NCBI GenBank assembly: GCA_025920425.1
Contig: JAPDLS010000001.1
Coordinates: forward strand, 158,435-222,434
Reading direction: 5' to 3'
From: Candidatus Haiyanarchaeum thermophilum
GTDB lineage: Archaea > Nanobdellota > Nanobdellia > JAPDLS01 > Haiyanarchaeaceae
Length of the DNA stretch: 64,000 bases
The notes beneath the pieces are model-generated. The model saw only the letters and a program-made list of their open reading frames with translations, was not told where the DNA came from and made no database searches. This document shows positions 1 to 10,180 of this stretch, in pieces. Position 1 is the first letter of the stretch; the number at the start of each line of letters is the position of its first letter. A program made the translations under genes and the position numbers.

Positions 1-539
1 GGAAAAGTTATAGGATTACTGGTGGTATGATAAATGAACAGACATCCCATCTATTTGACTTAATTCGTTTCGTAGTCGGAGAAGTTAATGAAGTTTTCTG
101 CGAGAGGAAGAGATTATTTTATAAGTTAAATAATTTCACTAATGAGGATACAATTATTGCTATCCTTAAGCTTCAGGATGGTAGCTATGGAAGTATTGTA
201 GCTAGCTGTGGTGCTCACTTTACACGAAGCTTGGGATTCGCAGAGTATATCCCATTCTGGCATACTCAATATATAGGTTGTGTATTCTTAACCAAAGAAC
301 TGACATTTGAACTTCTTGGCACTTCAAAGCTTATTTTAAATGATGGAAGGAGAAGAATAGAGTATGAGAACTTCAGGAGCACCTACTTAGAGGAAGATAG
401 GGCTTTCTTGAACAGCATCTTGAAAAACAAAGAGTCTCCCGTTCCATTCAGGGAGGGTTTAAAGACTCTCTATGTGATCGATGCTGCTAAAAAGTCCTCA
501 AAAGTTAGGAAGTTCGTCAAAGTGAGAAAAAGTGACTGA
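1..539 (+). CDS. Gfo/Idh/MocA-family oxidoreductase, C-terminal part (5' truncated by window edge)
   Basis: Frame is open from the window start (KSYRITGGMINEQTSHLFDLIRF, matching GG...H..D), ending in 'F...I......P...EG...L.VIDAA..S'. Its stop overlaps the next start codon. Confidence 0.75.
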   Translation, partial: KSYRITGGMINEQTSHLFDLIRFVVGEVNEVFCERKRLFYKLNNFTNEDTIIAILKLQDGSYGSIVASCGAHFTRSLGFAEYIPFWHTQYIGCVFLTKELTFELLGTSKLILNDGRRRIEYENFRSTYLEEDRAFLNSILKNKESPVPFREGLKTLYVIDAAKKSSKVRKFVKVRKSD

Positions 540-1596
540 AATCACTAAGAAGAATATAAGACATGCATTTATTTATCTTACCAACGCATGTAACTACAAT
601 TGTATCCATTGCTATCTGGATTGCGGCCCGAGGAGAAAAAATGAACTATCTACGAAAGAGGTTCTGAATGTAATAGAACAGCTTCATAATTATGGGGTTA
701 ATCAGATAAATCTCGATGGCGGAGAACCTTTCCTCAGAAGAGATATATTCAAAATTTTAGAGAGAATTAATTCATTGGGAATTCAAACTTCAATAGTAAC
801 TAATGCTTCCTTGTTAAATGAGGAAATCATGCAGAGGATTCGCAGGTTTGATGTTAAACTGAGTTTCAGTTTAGATGGTGCTACTTCTAAAACGAATGCC
901 AAGATCAGAAGAAATCCACAGGCATTTCTTAATACTATTAATTTTATTAAGAGAGCTCTAGAACTTGGTTTAGAAGTAAAGATTTGGTATGTAGTTAATG
1001 CTCTTAATATAGATGAAGTACCATTTTTAATTGAAAGTTTGATTAAGGAAGGAATCGAAGTGGAGAAAATAAAGTTGTTGTGTTTCTTTAAATGTTCCAA
1101 GATGGGAAGGGCTGAGAGATTTTGGGATTTATTGAAAGTTGATAAGCAAAGGTGGATTAAGCATCTAGAGGAAGTTAAGAAGATTCAAAGGAGATATAGC
1201 TTTGTTAGCTTCGAACCATGGGTAGTGCCAGAGAAAGATGCAAATTTCTACTTTAAGAATTATGGATGGTGTAATCTTAGGAGAAGAGAATTATGTTACA
1301 TTTCATGTACCGGAGATGTAACTTTTTGTTCTCTCTTATTTAATTACGAACCACTCGGAAACATAAGAGAAAAAACCTTTAGGGATATTTGGGATTCTTC
1401 AGAAATTTGGGATCTATGGGAGGAGAGGAGTAAAGAGATGCAAAAGAAATGTCAGGGATGCAGATATTTGCCGATGTGTAGAGGAGGGTGTTTTGCTAAT
1501 GCATTCAAACATGGAAGGTTTTGTGGAAGGGATCTAGAATGTTCAGAGGGCTTTATCCCATTATGTACTTGCTTCTTTTTTAGGAGGGAAGTATGA
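532..1596 (+). CDS. Radical SAM protein with SPASM domain
   Basis: CNYNCIHC (CX3CX2C), GGEP, TNA and SLDG motifs. C-terminal C..G.V..C...GNI..W...CQGCRYLPMCRGGC SPASM Cys pattern, plus extra terminal Cys residues. Confidence 0.9.
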   Translation: MTEITKKNIRHAFIYLTNACNYNCIHCYLDCGPRRKNELSTKEVLNVIEQLHNYGVNQINLDGGEPFLRRDIFKILERINSLGIQTSIVTNASLLNEEIMQRIRRFDVKLSFSLDGATSKTNAKIRRNPQAFLNTINFIKRALELGLEVKIWYVVNALNIDEVPFLIESLIKEGIEVEKIKLLCFFKCSKMGRAERFWDLLKVDKQRWIKHLEEVKKIQRRYSFVSFEPWVVPEKDANFYFKNYGWCNLRRRELCYISCTGDVTFCSLLFNYEPLGNIREKTFRDIWDSSEIWDLWEERSKEMQKKCQGCRYLPMCRGGCFANAFKHGRFCGRDLECSEGFIPLCTCFFFRREV

Positions 1597-3176
1597 GCTT
1601 AACGGCAATTTGTGGAGTTCTTGGAACTGAGGATAAGAATTTGGTTAGGAAAATGTTGAAAAGGATGCGGAATCGTGGGAAAAGGTGGAAGATAATTGCA
1701 GATGGGAGGATTTGCTTAGGTGCTAGTGCAGAGGATAAACCTCTGACTCTTGAATCTGGGGAGAAAATTTACATCTTAGACGGATACTTCTATACCAAAA
1801 ATTTTCTGGGTAAACTAAGTAATTCGTTAGATCTTCAGAAAGTAGGTACCTTTTCATTTGCTTCATGGGATGGTGAGAATTTAATCCTTGGAAGAGATAG
1901 TTTAGGAATAAAACAACTTTTCTATACAATTGTAAAGGGGAATATACTTTTGTTCGCTTCAGAAATAAAACCTCTTCTGGAGTATCCAGAATTAAAAATT
2001 GAAGTGAATCCTAATTCCCTCATTCAGCTTAATTGCCTGGGGCATATAAGAAGTGCTACTACATTTATCAAGAATATTTTCCAAGTAAGGCCTTCATCCA
2101 TCTACAGATTTTATCTCAAAGGTGAATATCTGCATTTCACTAGCGTTTCATCATGGAAACACATTTCCTCTAAACAAATGGGTGAAAAAGTAGCAATTGA
2201 TAGGATTCAAAAGACATTGATGGAAGTACTATCTGATTACTCAACTGAGAGGGAAGAAATTGGGTTATGGTTATCCGGAGGTTTGGATTCTACAACTCTC
2301 CTAAAATTTGCAAGAGGATTTTTTGACAAAATTTATACATTTACTATCTCAGATGATCCAAGTCACCCAGATGTAAAAGCGGCAAGAAAAGTTTCATCCT
2401 ATTGTGGAACCATCCATAAAGAGATAATTATCGATTTTGAAGATTTTCTGAAGAGACTTCCTGAGTTCACATATACGTTTGAGATGCCGCGTAGGGGAGC
2501 TCCTACCTATTTAATTTCAGAAATAGCTAGGAAAGGAGTAAAATATGTTCTCTCGAGCGAAGGAGGAGATGAATTGTTTGGATACCCTTTCTATAAGAAT
2601 CTTGGGAGACTTGAGAAGAAAATTCTCACCCGCCTTCAAAAATTGAACCCCTCGGAGGAAGAAGTAAAAGAGCTGAAGAAATATTTAGACGAATTGTTCT
2701 ACAAAAACTCATGTGGTCGGATAAGTTTCGATAATTTCCTAAATACATATTTGCGAGATGGGCCAATAAGCATGCATCTCCAATTTCATGATAAGGGATC
2801 TATTGGGGTAGAGATGTTATTCCCATTTTTAGATATAAGGTTCGTGAGGTTGGGATTGGAAATCCCAAAAAATCTGAAGCTCAAGGGAAATACATGTAAA
2901 TACATATGGAGAAAGGCTTCCTCCCTCCAGTTTACTGAATTAAAATTTGTCCTTCAACGTAAAAAATACACTTTAAGCTCTAATTTAGCTAAAATAAACA
3001 CTAGGATAGCTTCCTTTGCCGAGAAGCTCATCCCAGAGAAGTACTTCCGCACGCATCCATTTAGGAAGTACTTCCTAAGCAAAGAACAGGCTTTGATGTT
3101 CGATATTTTCAATTACATTTTCATTGAAAATCGGGGAAGACTTCCGAGGAGATTTTCTATAGAAGACCTCTATTAG
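1593..3176 (+). CDS. Asparagine synthetase-like ATP pyrophosphatase lacking the N-terminal catalytic Cys (lasso cyclase / beta-lactam synthetase-like)
   Basis: RDSLGIKQLFY, FASEIKPL, LSGGLDS PP-loop, SSEGGDELFGY, PFLD. Starts MSLTAICG rather than MCG. ATGA overlap with the radical SAM gene. Confidence 0.8.
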   Translation: MSLTAICGVLGTEDKNLVRKMLKRMRNRGKRWKIIADGRICLGASAEDKPLTLESGEKIYILDGYFYTKNFLGKLSNSLDLQKVGTFSFASWDGENLILGRDSLGIKQLFYTIVKGNILLFASEIKPLLEYPELKIEVNPNSLIQLNCLGHIRSATTFIKNIFQVRPSSIYRFYLKGEYLHFTSVSSWKHISSKQMGEKVAIDRIQKTLMEVLSDYSTEREEIGLWLSGGLDSTTLLKFARGFFDKIYTFTISDDPSHPDVKAARKVSSYCGTIHKEIIIDFEDFLKRLPEFTYTFEMPRRGAPTYLISEIARKGVKYVLSSEGGDELFGYPFYKNLGRLEKKILTRLQKLNPSEEEVKELKKYLDELFYKNSCGRISFDNFLNTYLRDGPISMHLQFHDKGSIGVEMLFPFLDIRFVRLGLEIPKNLKLKGNTCKYIWRKASSLQFTELKFVLQRKKYTLSSNLAKINTRIASFAEKLIPEKYFRTHPFRKYFLSKEQALMFDIFNYIFIENRGRLPRRFSIEDLY

Positions 3177-3233
3177 CCTCTCAGATGACCTACCATAGGA
3201 TTCGTCTCTTCCAGAAAATCCATATTAAACTAC

Positions 3234-3866
3234 TTAATCGGACTTTAATGCCAGTACTCTTTCTAGTTCTCTCAGATCGAAGCTAGTATTACTGCAGCCA
3301 TTCTTAGTCAAAATTACTGCCTGCCCAGCTACATTATTGAGATTTCTGAGAGTTTCTCCAGCAAGTTTGATCTCCATAGGACATGCTACTCCAACTACTC
3401 CATTATATGCTCCACTTTGGAGAATTTTCTTAACACATGCGCTTCCAGGAATCACGTATATATCATATCCATACTTGACCCCAAGTGAACTGCCTTGATT
3501 TACAAGACAATCTTCAGAGCAATGGGAGCAATAGTAGGTAGGAATGTTTTCATCAAATTTCGCCTTACATCTATTGTCCATATATTTCCTAGCGCAATGA
3601 GGGAGGAGAAGTGCCCTCCTATCACTTTGAGCAAAATTTCTCTTGTAATAGGAATTGAGATAGGCTATGTCCATTAGATCTACTATTAATTGAGCTGCAT
3701 CCTCCAGTTGAATTTCTAAGATTTCGTCCAGTTTAAGCTTCCTAGCGAGTTTTAGGGCTATTTCCTTACTCCTATGATGTAGTCCTTTTTGCATAATCGA
3801 ATTGTAGAATTTCTTAAGTATCTTACTAGGAAGTTTTGAAAGATCGAAGTTGAATTGATATGGCAT
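3234..3866 (-). CDS. DUF116-family Cys-rich protein
   Basis: LLLPHC...C...CSHC..C, YVIPGS, GVAC..E and L.KNGC.NT pattern typical of DUF116. Confidence 0.75.
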   Translation of the reverse strand: MPYQFNFDLSKLPSKILKKFYNSIMQKGLHHRSKEIALKLARKLKLDEILEIQLEDAAQLIVDLMDIAYLNSYYKRNFAQSDRRALLLPHCARKYMDNRCKAKFDENIPTYYCSHCSEDCLVNQGSSLGVKYGYDIYVIPGSACVKKILQSGAYNGVVGVACPMEIKLAGETLRNLNNVAGQAVILTKNGCSNTSFDLRELERVLALKSD

Positions 3867-3929
3867 AACCTCTTTTATGGAAGCAAGATTTAAAATCTTT
3901 TTTGCTGCAGTCTACTATTCTAGCTCCAA

Positions 3930-4002
3930 TGCGGCTGCCGGGATTTGAACCCGGGTCTGTACCGTGGCAGGGTACTGTCCTACCAGGCTAGACTACAGCC
4001 GC
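3930..4002 (-). tRNA. tRNA-Gly(GCC)
   Basis: Reverse complement: acceptor GCGGCTG/CAGCCGC-A, anticodon arm GTACC-CT GCC AC-GGTAC, T-arm CCGGG-TTCAAAT-CCCGG. No CCA encoded. Confidence 0.97.
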
Positions 4003-4032
4003 TATACTTATAAAATAAAGAGCTCTAGATTT

Positions 4033-4314
4033 TTAAATCCCTAAGAAACCTATCCCTTCAGCTTTTTTCTCCTCCAACTCCTTGAATTTTTTAATTATCT
4101 CTTCTTTTTGTCTTCCAGTGATCTCTTTCCCTTCTTGCTTAAGTACCTCACATTTTTCTAAAAGTTCTCTATCAGCTGTAATCATGAGAAAGAAACCATC
4201 CTCATTCACTCCTAAGCTCTTAGCATTTTCTATTGAAAAGCCTACAGCTTTTAACATAGGATCTTCACTCACCTTCTTGTAATTCTTCACCAAAAAAACT
4301 TTCATTTCTTTCAT
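4033..4314 (-). CDS. Small hypothetical protein
   Basis: 93-aa ORF with host-like codon usage and a TATA-like element upstream. No family recognised. Confidence 0.6.
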   Translation of the reverse strand: MKEMKVFLVKNYKKVSEDPMLKAVGFSIENAKSLGVNEDGFFLMITADRELLEKCEVLKQEGKEITGRQKEEIIKKFKELEEKKAEGIGFLGI

Positions 4315-4419
4315 TGGAAAATATTTGAGTTTCAGGTCTTAAAAATTTTTCCAAGCCTTGCTAAGCTACGGAAGATTTATTAAGGAGAATTGAGGAAAGT
4401 ACATGGATAAGAGTTTGGA

Positions 4420-4917
4420 ATGAGGATAAACTCGCTAGAAGAACTAATTTCTTGTTCTCCCAGGAGAATCTATATAGAAGAGAATCTCTTCAAAAAAATT
4501 CCAGATGTTCTTAGATGGAGCTTCGAGATCGTAAAACGCTGTCCTCCCACAAGCGGGCCATATCTTTCATTGGACTATTCAGGCAGATCCCATTGCAAAT
4601 TTATGTTAGTAGATGGAGAGAAGAGGCAGAGGTGGAGTGGAAATTACATGTTGAAAGATATCACTTGGAGAGCAATTATAGCTGCCATAAGAACCTATCT
4701 TACATCTTACAAATTTGGGGAATATGCTGACGTATATGAGTTGAAGATAAAGACAGCTGAGCTGCATTCAGGAGTTTCTCCAAGCAGGGCAAATGAAATT
4801 CTGAAGAATAAGAGGATATTTGATAGGACAGACGACCGAGTAAGGCTCAGGTTTCCCATCAATGAACTGAAACTTACTGATGACTGTATTTTTAGGAGTA
4901 GTCAGCACATAGATTAA
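4420..4917 (+). CDS. Hypothetical protein
   Basis: 165-aa ORF, TTTATTAA upstream. No family recognised. Confidence 0.55.
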   Translation: MRINSLEELISCSPRRIYIEENLFKKIPDVLRWSFEIVKRCPPTSGPYLSLDYSGRSHCKFMLVDGEKRQRWSGNYMLKDITWRAIIAAIRTYLTSYKFGEYADVYELKIKTAELHSGVSPSRANEILKNKRIFDRTDDRVRLRFPINELKLTDDCIFRSSQHID

Positions 4918-4965
4918 TTTCTCAGTAGTAAATTTTTTAAGTTAAGATCCCTTTACCTAATTTCG

Positions 4966-5883
4966 GTGGTAAAATTGGAAAACCTTCAGCGTTATCTAGA
5001 AAAGCAAAGAAGCAAATTGGAGCTTCAGGAACGTATGGAGGCCCTACGCATCCTCCAGCAGAGGAAAGAAAATGCTACCCCTCTTGAGAAAATCGTCATC
5101 CCTCACCTAGAGCAGGCTATCCAATCGGATCAGGAGTTAGCAATGAAGTTGATAGAGGATCTAGTGAAGATAGATCCAAGTTACTCCCAAATCAAAGAAA
5201 GGTTAAAGACAACTCCTGATGAATTTGAAATTACCTCTGAGATAAGGGAAGCCGCTGCCTCATTAGTGGAAAAAATGAGGTTAGGTGACAGGATCGCTGA
5301 GGAAGTTCTGGATGAATTACAACTTAATCCCTCTCCACTTTCTAGGGAAAATCTCGAGAAAGTTCTCCAGAAAGTGATAACTGGAATGGAGAAGAAAATA
5401 GAAGATGCAGGGCTATCTTATTATCCAATGAGTCTTGACTTTTCATTCACAGGCGAGAGACCTTCACTTAAGGTTGAGAACCACTTGCTTCGCCTCCTCA
5501 TCAGTCCAACAAATACTAAGGAGCTCTCAAATACACTCCAGCTGAGCAAGAGCCAGTTGGAAGATTATTTACGTCTCCTCTCTCGATATAGGATGATAGA
5601 GGAGAATCTCTGTGAGAACAGGAAGGAATTAAGACTCACTCCAAAGGGTGCTGCCTTTATCGTGGGAATGGCTCTTAAGCCACATATAGCGAGACAAATC
5701 CTGGAGCTTTGTGAGGAAGGCATCGCTAGGGAAGACCTTGTTACCTCTCTATTGGCCTCTGGAGTTCCTCCTACAGAAATAGAAAAAATAGTGGCAGTCA
5801 GTGAAAATATCCAGCTGATAAAGAAAGTTGGGGACTGCTATACAGTTGGGCCGCTGGGCGAACTCTACAGACAAAACTTTTAA
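4966..5883 (+). CDS. Hypothetical protein, coiled N-terminus and probable C-terminal winged-helix repeats
   Basis: ELSNTLQLSKSQLEDYLRLL...LRLTPKG and YTVGPLG resemble wHTH helix/wing segments. TTTTTAAG ~25 nt upstream. Confidence 0.55.
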   Translation: MVKLENLQRYLEKQRSKLELQERMEALRILQQRKENATPLEKIVIPHLEQAIQSDQELAMKLIEDLVKIDPSYSQIKERLKTTPDEFEITSEIREAAASLVEKMRLGDRIAEEVLDELQLNPSPLSRENLEKVLQKVITGMEKKIEDAGLSYYPMSLDFSFTGERPSLKVENHLLRLLISPTNTKELSNTLQLSKSQLEDYLRLLSRYRMIEENLCENRKELRLTPKGAAFIVGMALKPHIARQILELCEEGIAREDLVTSLLASGVPPTEIEKIVAVSENIQLIKKVGDCYTVGPLGELYRQNF

Positions 5884-5904
5884 TTTGTTCTCTTCTTTTG
5901 TTTA

Positions 5905-7182
5905 TTATTCATAGCGCAGAGCCTCTACAGGGTTGAGCTTAGCAGCCTTTCTAGCTGGATAGAGGCCAAAAATGAGGGAGATCGTTATAGAAAAGGAAAA
6001 GGCTATTATCATCCAGAGAGGCGAAAAGTTTGGAATGATCCTAATTTCTTGAACCTCAGGAGTGCGTATCCCACTGATAGTGGGGCGATGGATGAAAGTG
6101 CTGAGGAGGTTAGCTAGCCCATAGGAGAAAAAATACCCAGTAAAAAGCCCTAAAACCCCTCCAATTACTCCCATGAGGAGAGCTTCGGCCAAGAACATCA
6201 ACAGGATAGTGGAGTTTTTAGCCCCTATGGCTTTCAAAATACCTATTTCCCTAGTTCTTTCAATTACGCTGATCATCATAATATTCATAATTCCAATACC
6301 AGCTACCAATAGGGAGATCGATCCTATTCCTATTAGGAACATTTCCACTAGAGTCAAAATTATATCTACCTGTCTAGCAAAGCTCGTAGGAACAAAAACA
6401 CTTACCGAATATGGGGGGAAATGCCGCTCTATTTGCTTAGCTACTTCTTCTGCGAGACTTACATTCGATACCTTTACTATCAAAAGTTGGTAGGGTTTAT
6501 CCTTGTTTCTGATTAGCTCTATGGCTTCATCCAGAGATATAAATGCCCAATAGTCAAAATTTGTAATTCCTAATGTACCTTGTCTTGTTAATATCCCAGC
6601 CACGCTGAAATTGATACGTAGGAAAGGAGGAGTAGCATTTGGTTGGAGAATGGTAAGGAAAATTTTATCCCCAATTTCAGCTACTTGGCTTCCGTTTATA
6701 AACGCAGCCTTATATCCAAGCAGTATGGCACTAGTTTCACCTTCAGCTGGTAAGTTTCCTGAAAGGAGAGTAAACCTATTTGGAAACATCACAACCATTT
6801 CTCCGAAATTTATCCCTCCGATGGTGAATGCTCCTAGCTTTGTTCCATTCTCAGTGGTGAGATTAATTGTCTCTGTAATTGGAATGGTAATGAGTGGGGT
6901 AACCAGACTCACCCCCGACAGATTTCTAATGTACTCCATATCTGTACTGGAAAAGCCATCCCTTAAGCCTGCGGTAAAGCTTCCAGGAAATACGAGCAAC
7001 ACATCTAGCTCAAACCCGTGTTCCATCCTTTCCCTGACCCTCCCCCTGAAGCCCTCTCCCAGCGAAGCTACAGCTACTATGGTGGTAATTCCGATACTTA
7101 TACTCAGGATGGTGAGGAATGTCCTTAACTTCCTCTGCTTCAAGTTCTTCCAAGCCAGTCCAGCTAATTTCTTGGCCTTCAT
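5905..7182 (-). CDS. MacB/FtsX-family ABC transporter permease
   Basis: RKLRTFLTILSISIG, GIGIMNIMMISVIERTREIGILKAIGA, GLYPARKAAKLNPVEALRYE. Confidence 0.92.
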   Translation of the reverse strand: MKAKKLAGLAWKNLKQRKLRTFLTILSISIGITTIVAVASLGEGFRGRVRERMEHGFELDVLLVFPGSFTAGLRDGFSSTDMEYIRNLSGVSLVTPLITIPITETINLTTENGTKLGAFTIGGINFGEMVVMFPNRFTLLSGNLPAEGETSAILLGYKAAFINGSQVAEIGDKIFLTILQPNATPPFLRINFSVAGILTRQGTLGITNFDYWAFISLDEAIELIRNKDKPYQLLIVKVSNVSLAEEVAKQIERHFPPYSVSVFVPTSFARQVDIILTLVEMFLIGIGSISLLVAGIGIMNIMMISVIERTREIGILKAIGAKNSTILLMFLAEALLMGVIGGVLGLFTGYFFSYGLANLLSTFIHRPTISGIRTPEVQEIRIIPNFSPLWMIIAFSFSITISLIFGLYPARKAAKLNPVEALRYE

Positions 7183-7868
7183 CTCCTATATTTCTCTCCC
7201 ACGATCATACCATCCCTAAGGTAAATTATTCTATTGGCTATGCTTGCTATCTTGCGATCATGCGTAACTACAATGAATGTTTGTTTCAGTTTGGAGTTCA
7301 GTTTTTTCATGAGCTGGATTATTTCCTCCCCAGATCTCGTGTCCAAATTGCCTGTAGGCTCATCGGCTAATACAATTTTCGGATTATTTACCAGAGCTCT
7401 AGCAATAGCTACTCTCTGCTGTTCCCCGCCACTTAGCTCGAAGGGTCTATGATTAACTCTCGATTCCAATCCAACAAGCTCAAGCAAGTGCTTAGCCCTC
7501 TCCCTAGCTCTTTTCTCATCAACTCCAGCTAAGAGCAAAGGCAATTCTACGTTCTCGAGGGCAGTAAGCCTAGGTAAAAGATTGAAGAACTGAAATATGA
7601 AGCCCACTTGCTTCAACCGAATCTCAGCCAACTTTTCATCTCTGAGCTTCAGAACGTTTATTCCATCAATTATTACCTCTCCTTCATCAGGTCTATCCAA
7701 GCATCCAATTATATTAAGAAGGGTTGATTTTCCGCTCCCAGATGGTCCAAGAATTGCTAGGAATTCCCCACGGGTTACCTGTAGGCTAACATCCCTGAGA
7801 GCTGGAACAATTACTTTACCCATCCTATAGCTCTTTCTTACATTCTTCAACTCCACTAATTTCATCAT
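7179..7868 (-). CDS. LolD/MacB-type ABC transporter ATP-binding protein
   Basis: Walker [10 protein letters not shown], signature [15 protein letters not shown], Walker [15 protein letters not shown]. Confidence 0.95.
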   Translation of the reverse strand: MMKLVELKNVRKSYRMGKVIVPALRDVSLQVTRGEFLAILGPSGSGKSTLLNIIGCLDRPDEGEVIIDGINVLKLRDEKLAEIRLKQVGFIFQFFNLLPRLTALENVELPLLLAGVDEKRARERAKHLLELVGLESRVNHRPFELSGGEQQRVAIARALVNNPKIVLADEPTGNLDTRSGEEIIQLMKKLNSKLKQTFIVVTHDRKIASIANRIIYLRDGMIVGEKYRR

Positions 7869-7916
7869 TCCGAGTAGACAAACTTTAAAACTTTATATTC
7901 CTTTCTGAGATGCATA

Positions 7917-7991
7917 GCCCCCGTAGTCTAGCCCGGTTAAGGATGACGGCCTCTCGAGCCGTAGACCCGGGTTCAAATCCCGGCGGGGGCA
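7917..7991 (+). tRNA. tRNA-Glu(CTC)
   Basis: Acceptor GCCCCCG/CGGGGGC-A, anticodon arm ACGGC-CT CTC GA-GCCGT, T-loop TTCAAAT. TTTATA ~20 nt upstream. Confidence 0.97.
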
Positions 7992-8222
7992 TTAAATCTA
8001 TGCTTCAATTTTTTTCCTTAGACCTAATCAAAAACCAGGAATGGTCAACGAATTTGCGCCGCTATTATGGACTTGACTATATAGGTCTTTTCAGTGGTGC
8101 TAAGCTCCAAATGCCAACAATATAGTAAACAACTATCAAAATATCTAGTTAAGCACAAAACTGTAGCTCTCTCAGTCCTTCTAGGGATGAGACAGCGTTT
8201 AAATAATTTGTTAAACGACTGG

Positions 8223-9173
8223 TTACCTCGTCAAATATTTCCACGCCAAGACAGTGCCGATTGTGGCTAAGACTGCTGCAAATAGGCCTAGATATGTGAA
8301 GTCCTTTATTAGGGTAGCTGTATCCATGGGCAGTATGGTTAAATGTCTCATGGCGTCTGTTAGGTATGTGAGCGGGTTGATTGTGGCTAGGGCTTGCATC
8401 CAGTCCGGCATAAGCCTTGTAGGAAAGAAAGTGTTGCTTGCAAACATTAGTGGCATGGTGATGAGGCTTACAAACTGCATGGGGCGTTCCATCCGTGTGG
8501 ATCTTATGGAGAAGGCTATGAAGACTGAAGAGAGCCCCACAGCAAGCAAGAATATAGCGGCGTAAACGCCCAGAAGGTTCAACGGCGTAAACGTGGGACT
8601 CAACTTTAATCCTAATAGGTAGGCAAGCGCCAAAATCACTGTTGCTTGGAACATAGCTCGGAAAGTGGCATTCAAAATTTTCGAGAATATTATGGCTGCC
8701 CGTGAAACTGGTGTGCTAATCACTTTATCTAAGAAGCCTAAACGGCGATCCCAGACGATAGACATGCCGCTGAACATAGTGGTGGTCACGACGATCATGG
8801 AAATCATGCCCACAGCCATAAAACTGAAGTAGTCTGTAACCCCAAATATATCCTCCATTATTTTTGAACCCATTTGGGCAATCATTTGTGAAAGCGCAGC
8901 GCCCTTAAGCACCACTTCCGGAAGATTAGGCGGATAAAGAATGGCAGTTCCTGGAATTGGTATCTGTTGTGGCAGGTTTATGTTATTGGGTGAAAACAAG
9001 CCGCCTATGTTCATAGACTTGCCAAGCAAACCCATCCATATTAAGGGTTGAAGCACAAACATGACTAGCATGACGGGGTCATTGAGCCACTTTTTGAGTT
9101 CTCTATGGGTTAAAGCCCATAAGCCTCTAACGAAGCTTGGGTGACATTCATTTACACTTTCAGCGCTGCTCAT
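8223..9173 (-). CDS. ABC-2 type exporter permease (DrrB-like)
   Basis: GMSIVWDRRLGFL, PLMFASNTFFP, NPLTY; six predicted TM segments. Confidence 0.9.
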   Translation of the reverse strand: MSSAESVNECHPSFVRGLWALTHRELKKWLNDPVMLVMFVLQPLIWMGLLGKSMNIGGLFSPNNINLPQQIPIPGTAILYPPNLPEVVLKGAALSQMIAQMGSKIMEDIFGVTDYFSFMAVGMISMIVVTTTMFSGMSIVWDRRLGFLDKVISTPVSRAAIIFSKILNATFRAMFQATVILALAYLLGLKLSPTFTPLNLLGVYAAIFLLAVGLSSVFIAFSIRSTRMERPMQFVSLITMPLMFASNTFFPTRLMPDWMQALATINPLTYLTDAMRHLTILPMDTATLIKDFTYLGLFAAVLATIGTVLAWKYLTR

Positions 9174-10174
9174 CTTTGTCTAGCCCTCCTTAAGTGAATT
9201 CTCCGAGTCATGAACTCAGCCCGGGATTCTTCCGTGTCGCGAATGGCTCTACCTGTGTATTCTAGGTAAACCTCGTTTAAGGTCGGCTCTGTAAGCGAAA
9301 GCCTCGTCACGGTGAAGCCCTTCTTCAGTAAAGCCTCAATTATAAGCGGAGCTGTTATTTCGCCTTTCACGGCTTTAATTCGGTAAGAGCCATCTTCCTT
9401 TCTAACTTCCTTCACGTTTTCAACGCTTTGAATTATGCCGGTTACATCGGCGTTTTCTTTGATGGCTAGAGTGATTATGTCTCCTCCTAGGCTGTCTTTA
9501 AGCTCGCTTGGTGTGCCAGTAACGACTATTTTTCCGTGGTCTATGATAGCTATACGGTCACAGAGGGCATCAGCCTCCTCCAAATAATGCGTAGTCATGA
9601 AAAGCGTCATGCCATACTCCTTCTTTAAACGCCGAATATACTCCCATGTGGCAGCCCTGGTTTGCACATCCAAACCCAAAGTAGGCTCGTCTAGAAAAAG
9701 CACTTTTGGACGGTTTATCAAGCCGCATGCAAGCTCAAGCCTTCGCCGCATCCCACCTGAATAGGTCTCAACTCGCCTATCCTTGAAATCTATCAGCTCC
9801 ACGAGTTCCAACAGCTCCAAAGCGCGTTTTTTGGCAACATCTCTGGGAATCCCATATAGGTCTGCACAAAGCATGATGTTCTCATAGCCAGTTAAGTCTT
9901 CGTCTGCTGTGTACTCTTGAGGAACAACGCCAATCACCTTTCGGACATTGTCGGCTTGTTTAACAACGTCAAAGCCCAACACAGACGCGGTGCCTTCGGT
10001 TGGTTTCAGCACAGTTATTAGCATGTTTATAGTTGTTGTTTTGCCTGCGCCGTTTGGTCCCAGAAAACCGAAGACTTCGCCTTCACGGACACTGAGGGTT
10101 ATATGATCTACTGCCACCAAGCTTCGATTAAAAACCTTCGTTAAATTTTCAGCTTTGATCACCTCGTCCACCAT
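9170..10174 (-). CDS. ABC exporter ATP-binding subunit (DrrA-like)
   Basis: GPNGAGKTT, YSGGMRRRLE, LFLDEPTLGLD, TTHYLEEAD, C-terminal PTLNEVYL. Confidence 0.93.
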   Translation of the reverse strand: MVDEVIKAENLTKVFNRSLVAVDHITLSVREGEVFGFLGPNGAGKTTTINMLITVLKPTEGTASVLGFDVVKQADNVRKVIGVVPQEYTADEDLTGYENIMLCADLYGIPRDVAKKRALELLELVELIDFKDRRVETYSGGMRRRLELACGLINRPKVLFLDEPTLGLDVQTRAATWEYIRRLKKEYGMTLFMTTHYLEEADALCDRIAIIDHGKIVVTGTPSELKDSLGGDIITLAIKENADVTGIIQSVENVKEVRKEDGSYRIKAVKGEITAPLIIEALLKKGFTVTRLSLTEPTLNEVYLEYTGRAIRDTEESRAEFMTRRIHLRRARQR

Positions 10175-10180
10175 GCTTTT

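Noticed and set aside
7910-8125. 71-aa ORF on + strand
   Set aside because: Runs through tRNA-Glu; translation of a structural RNA.
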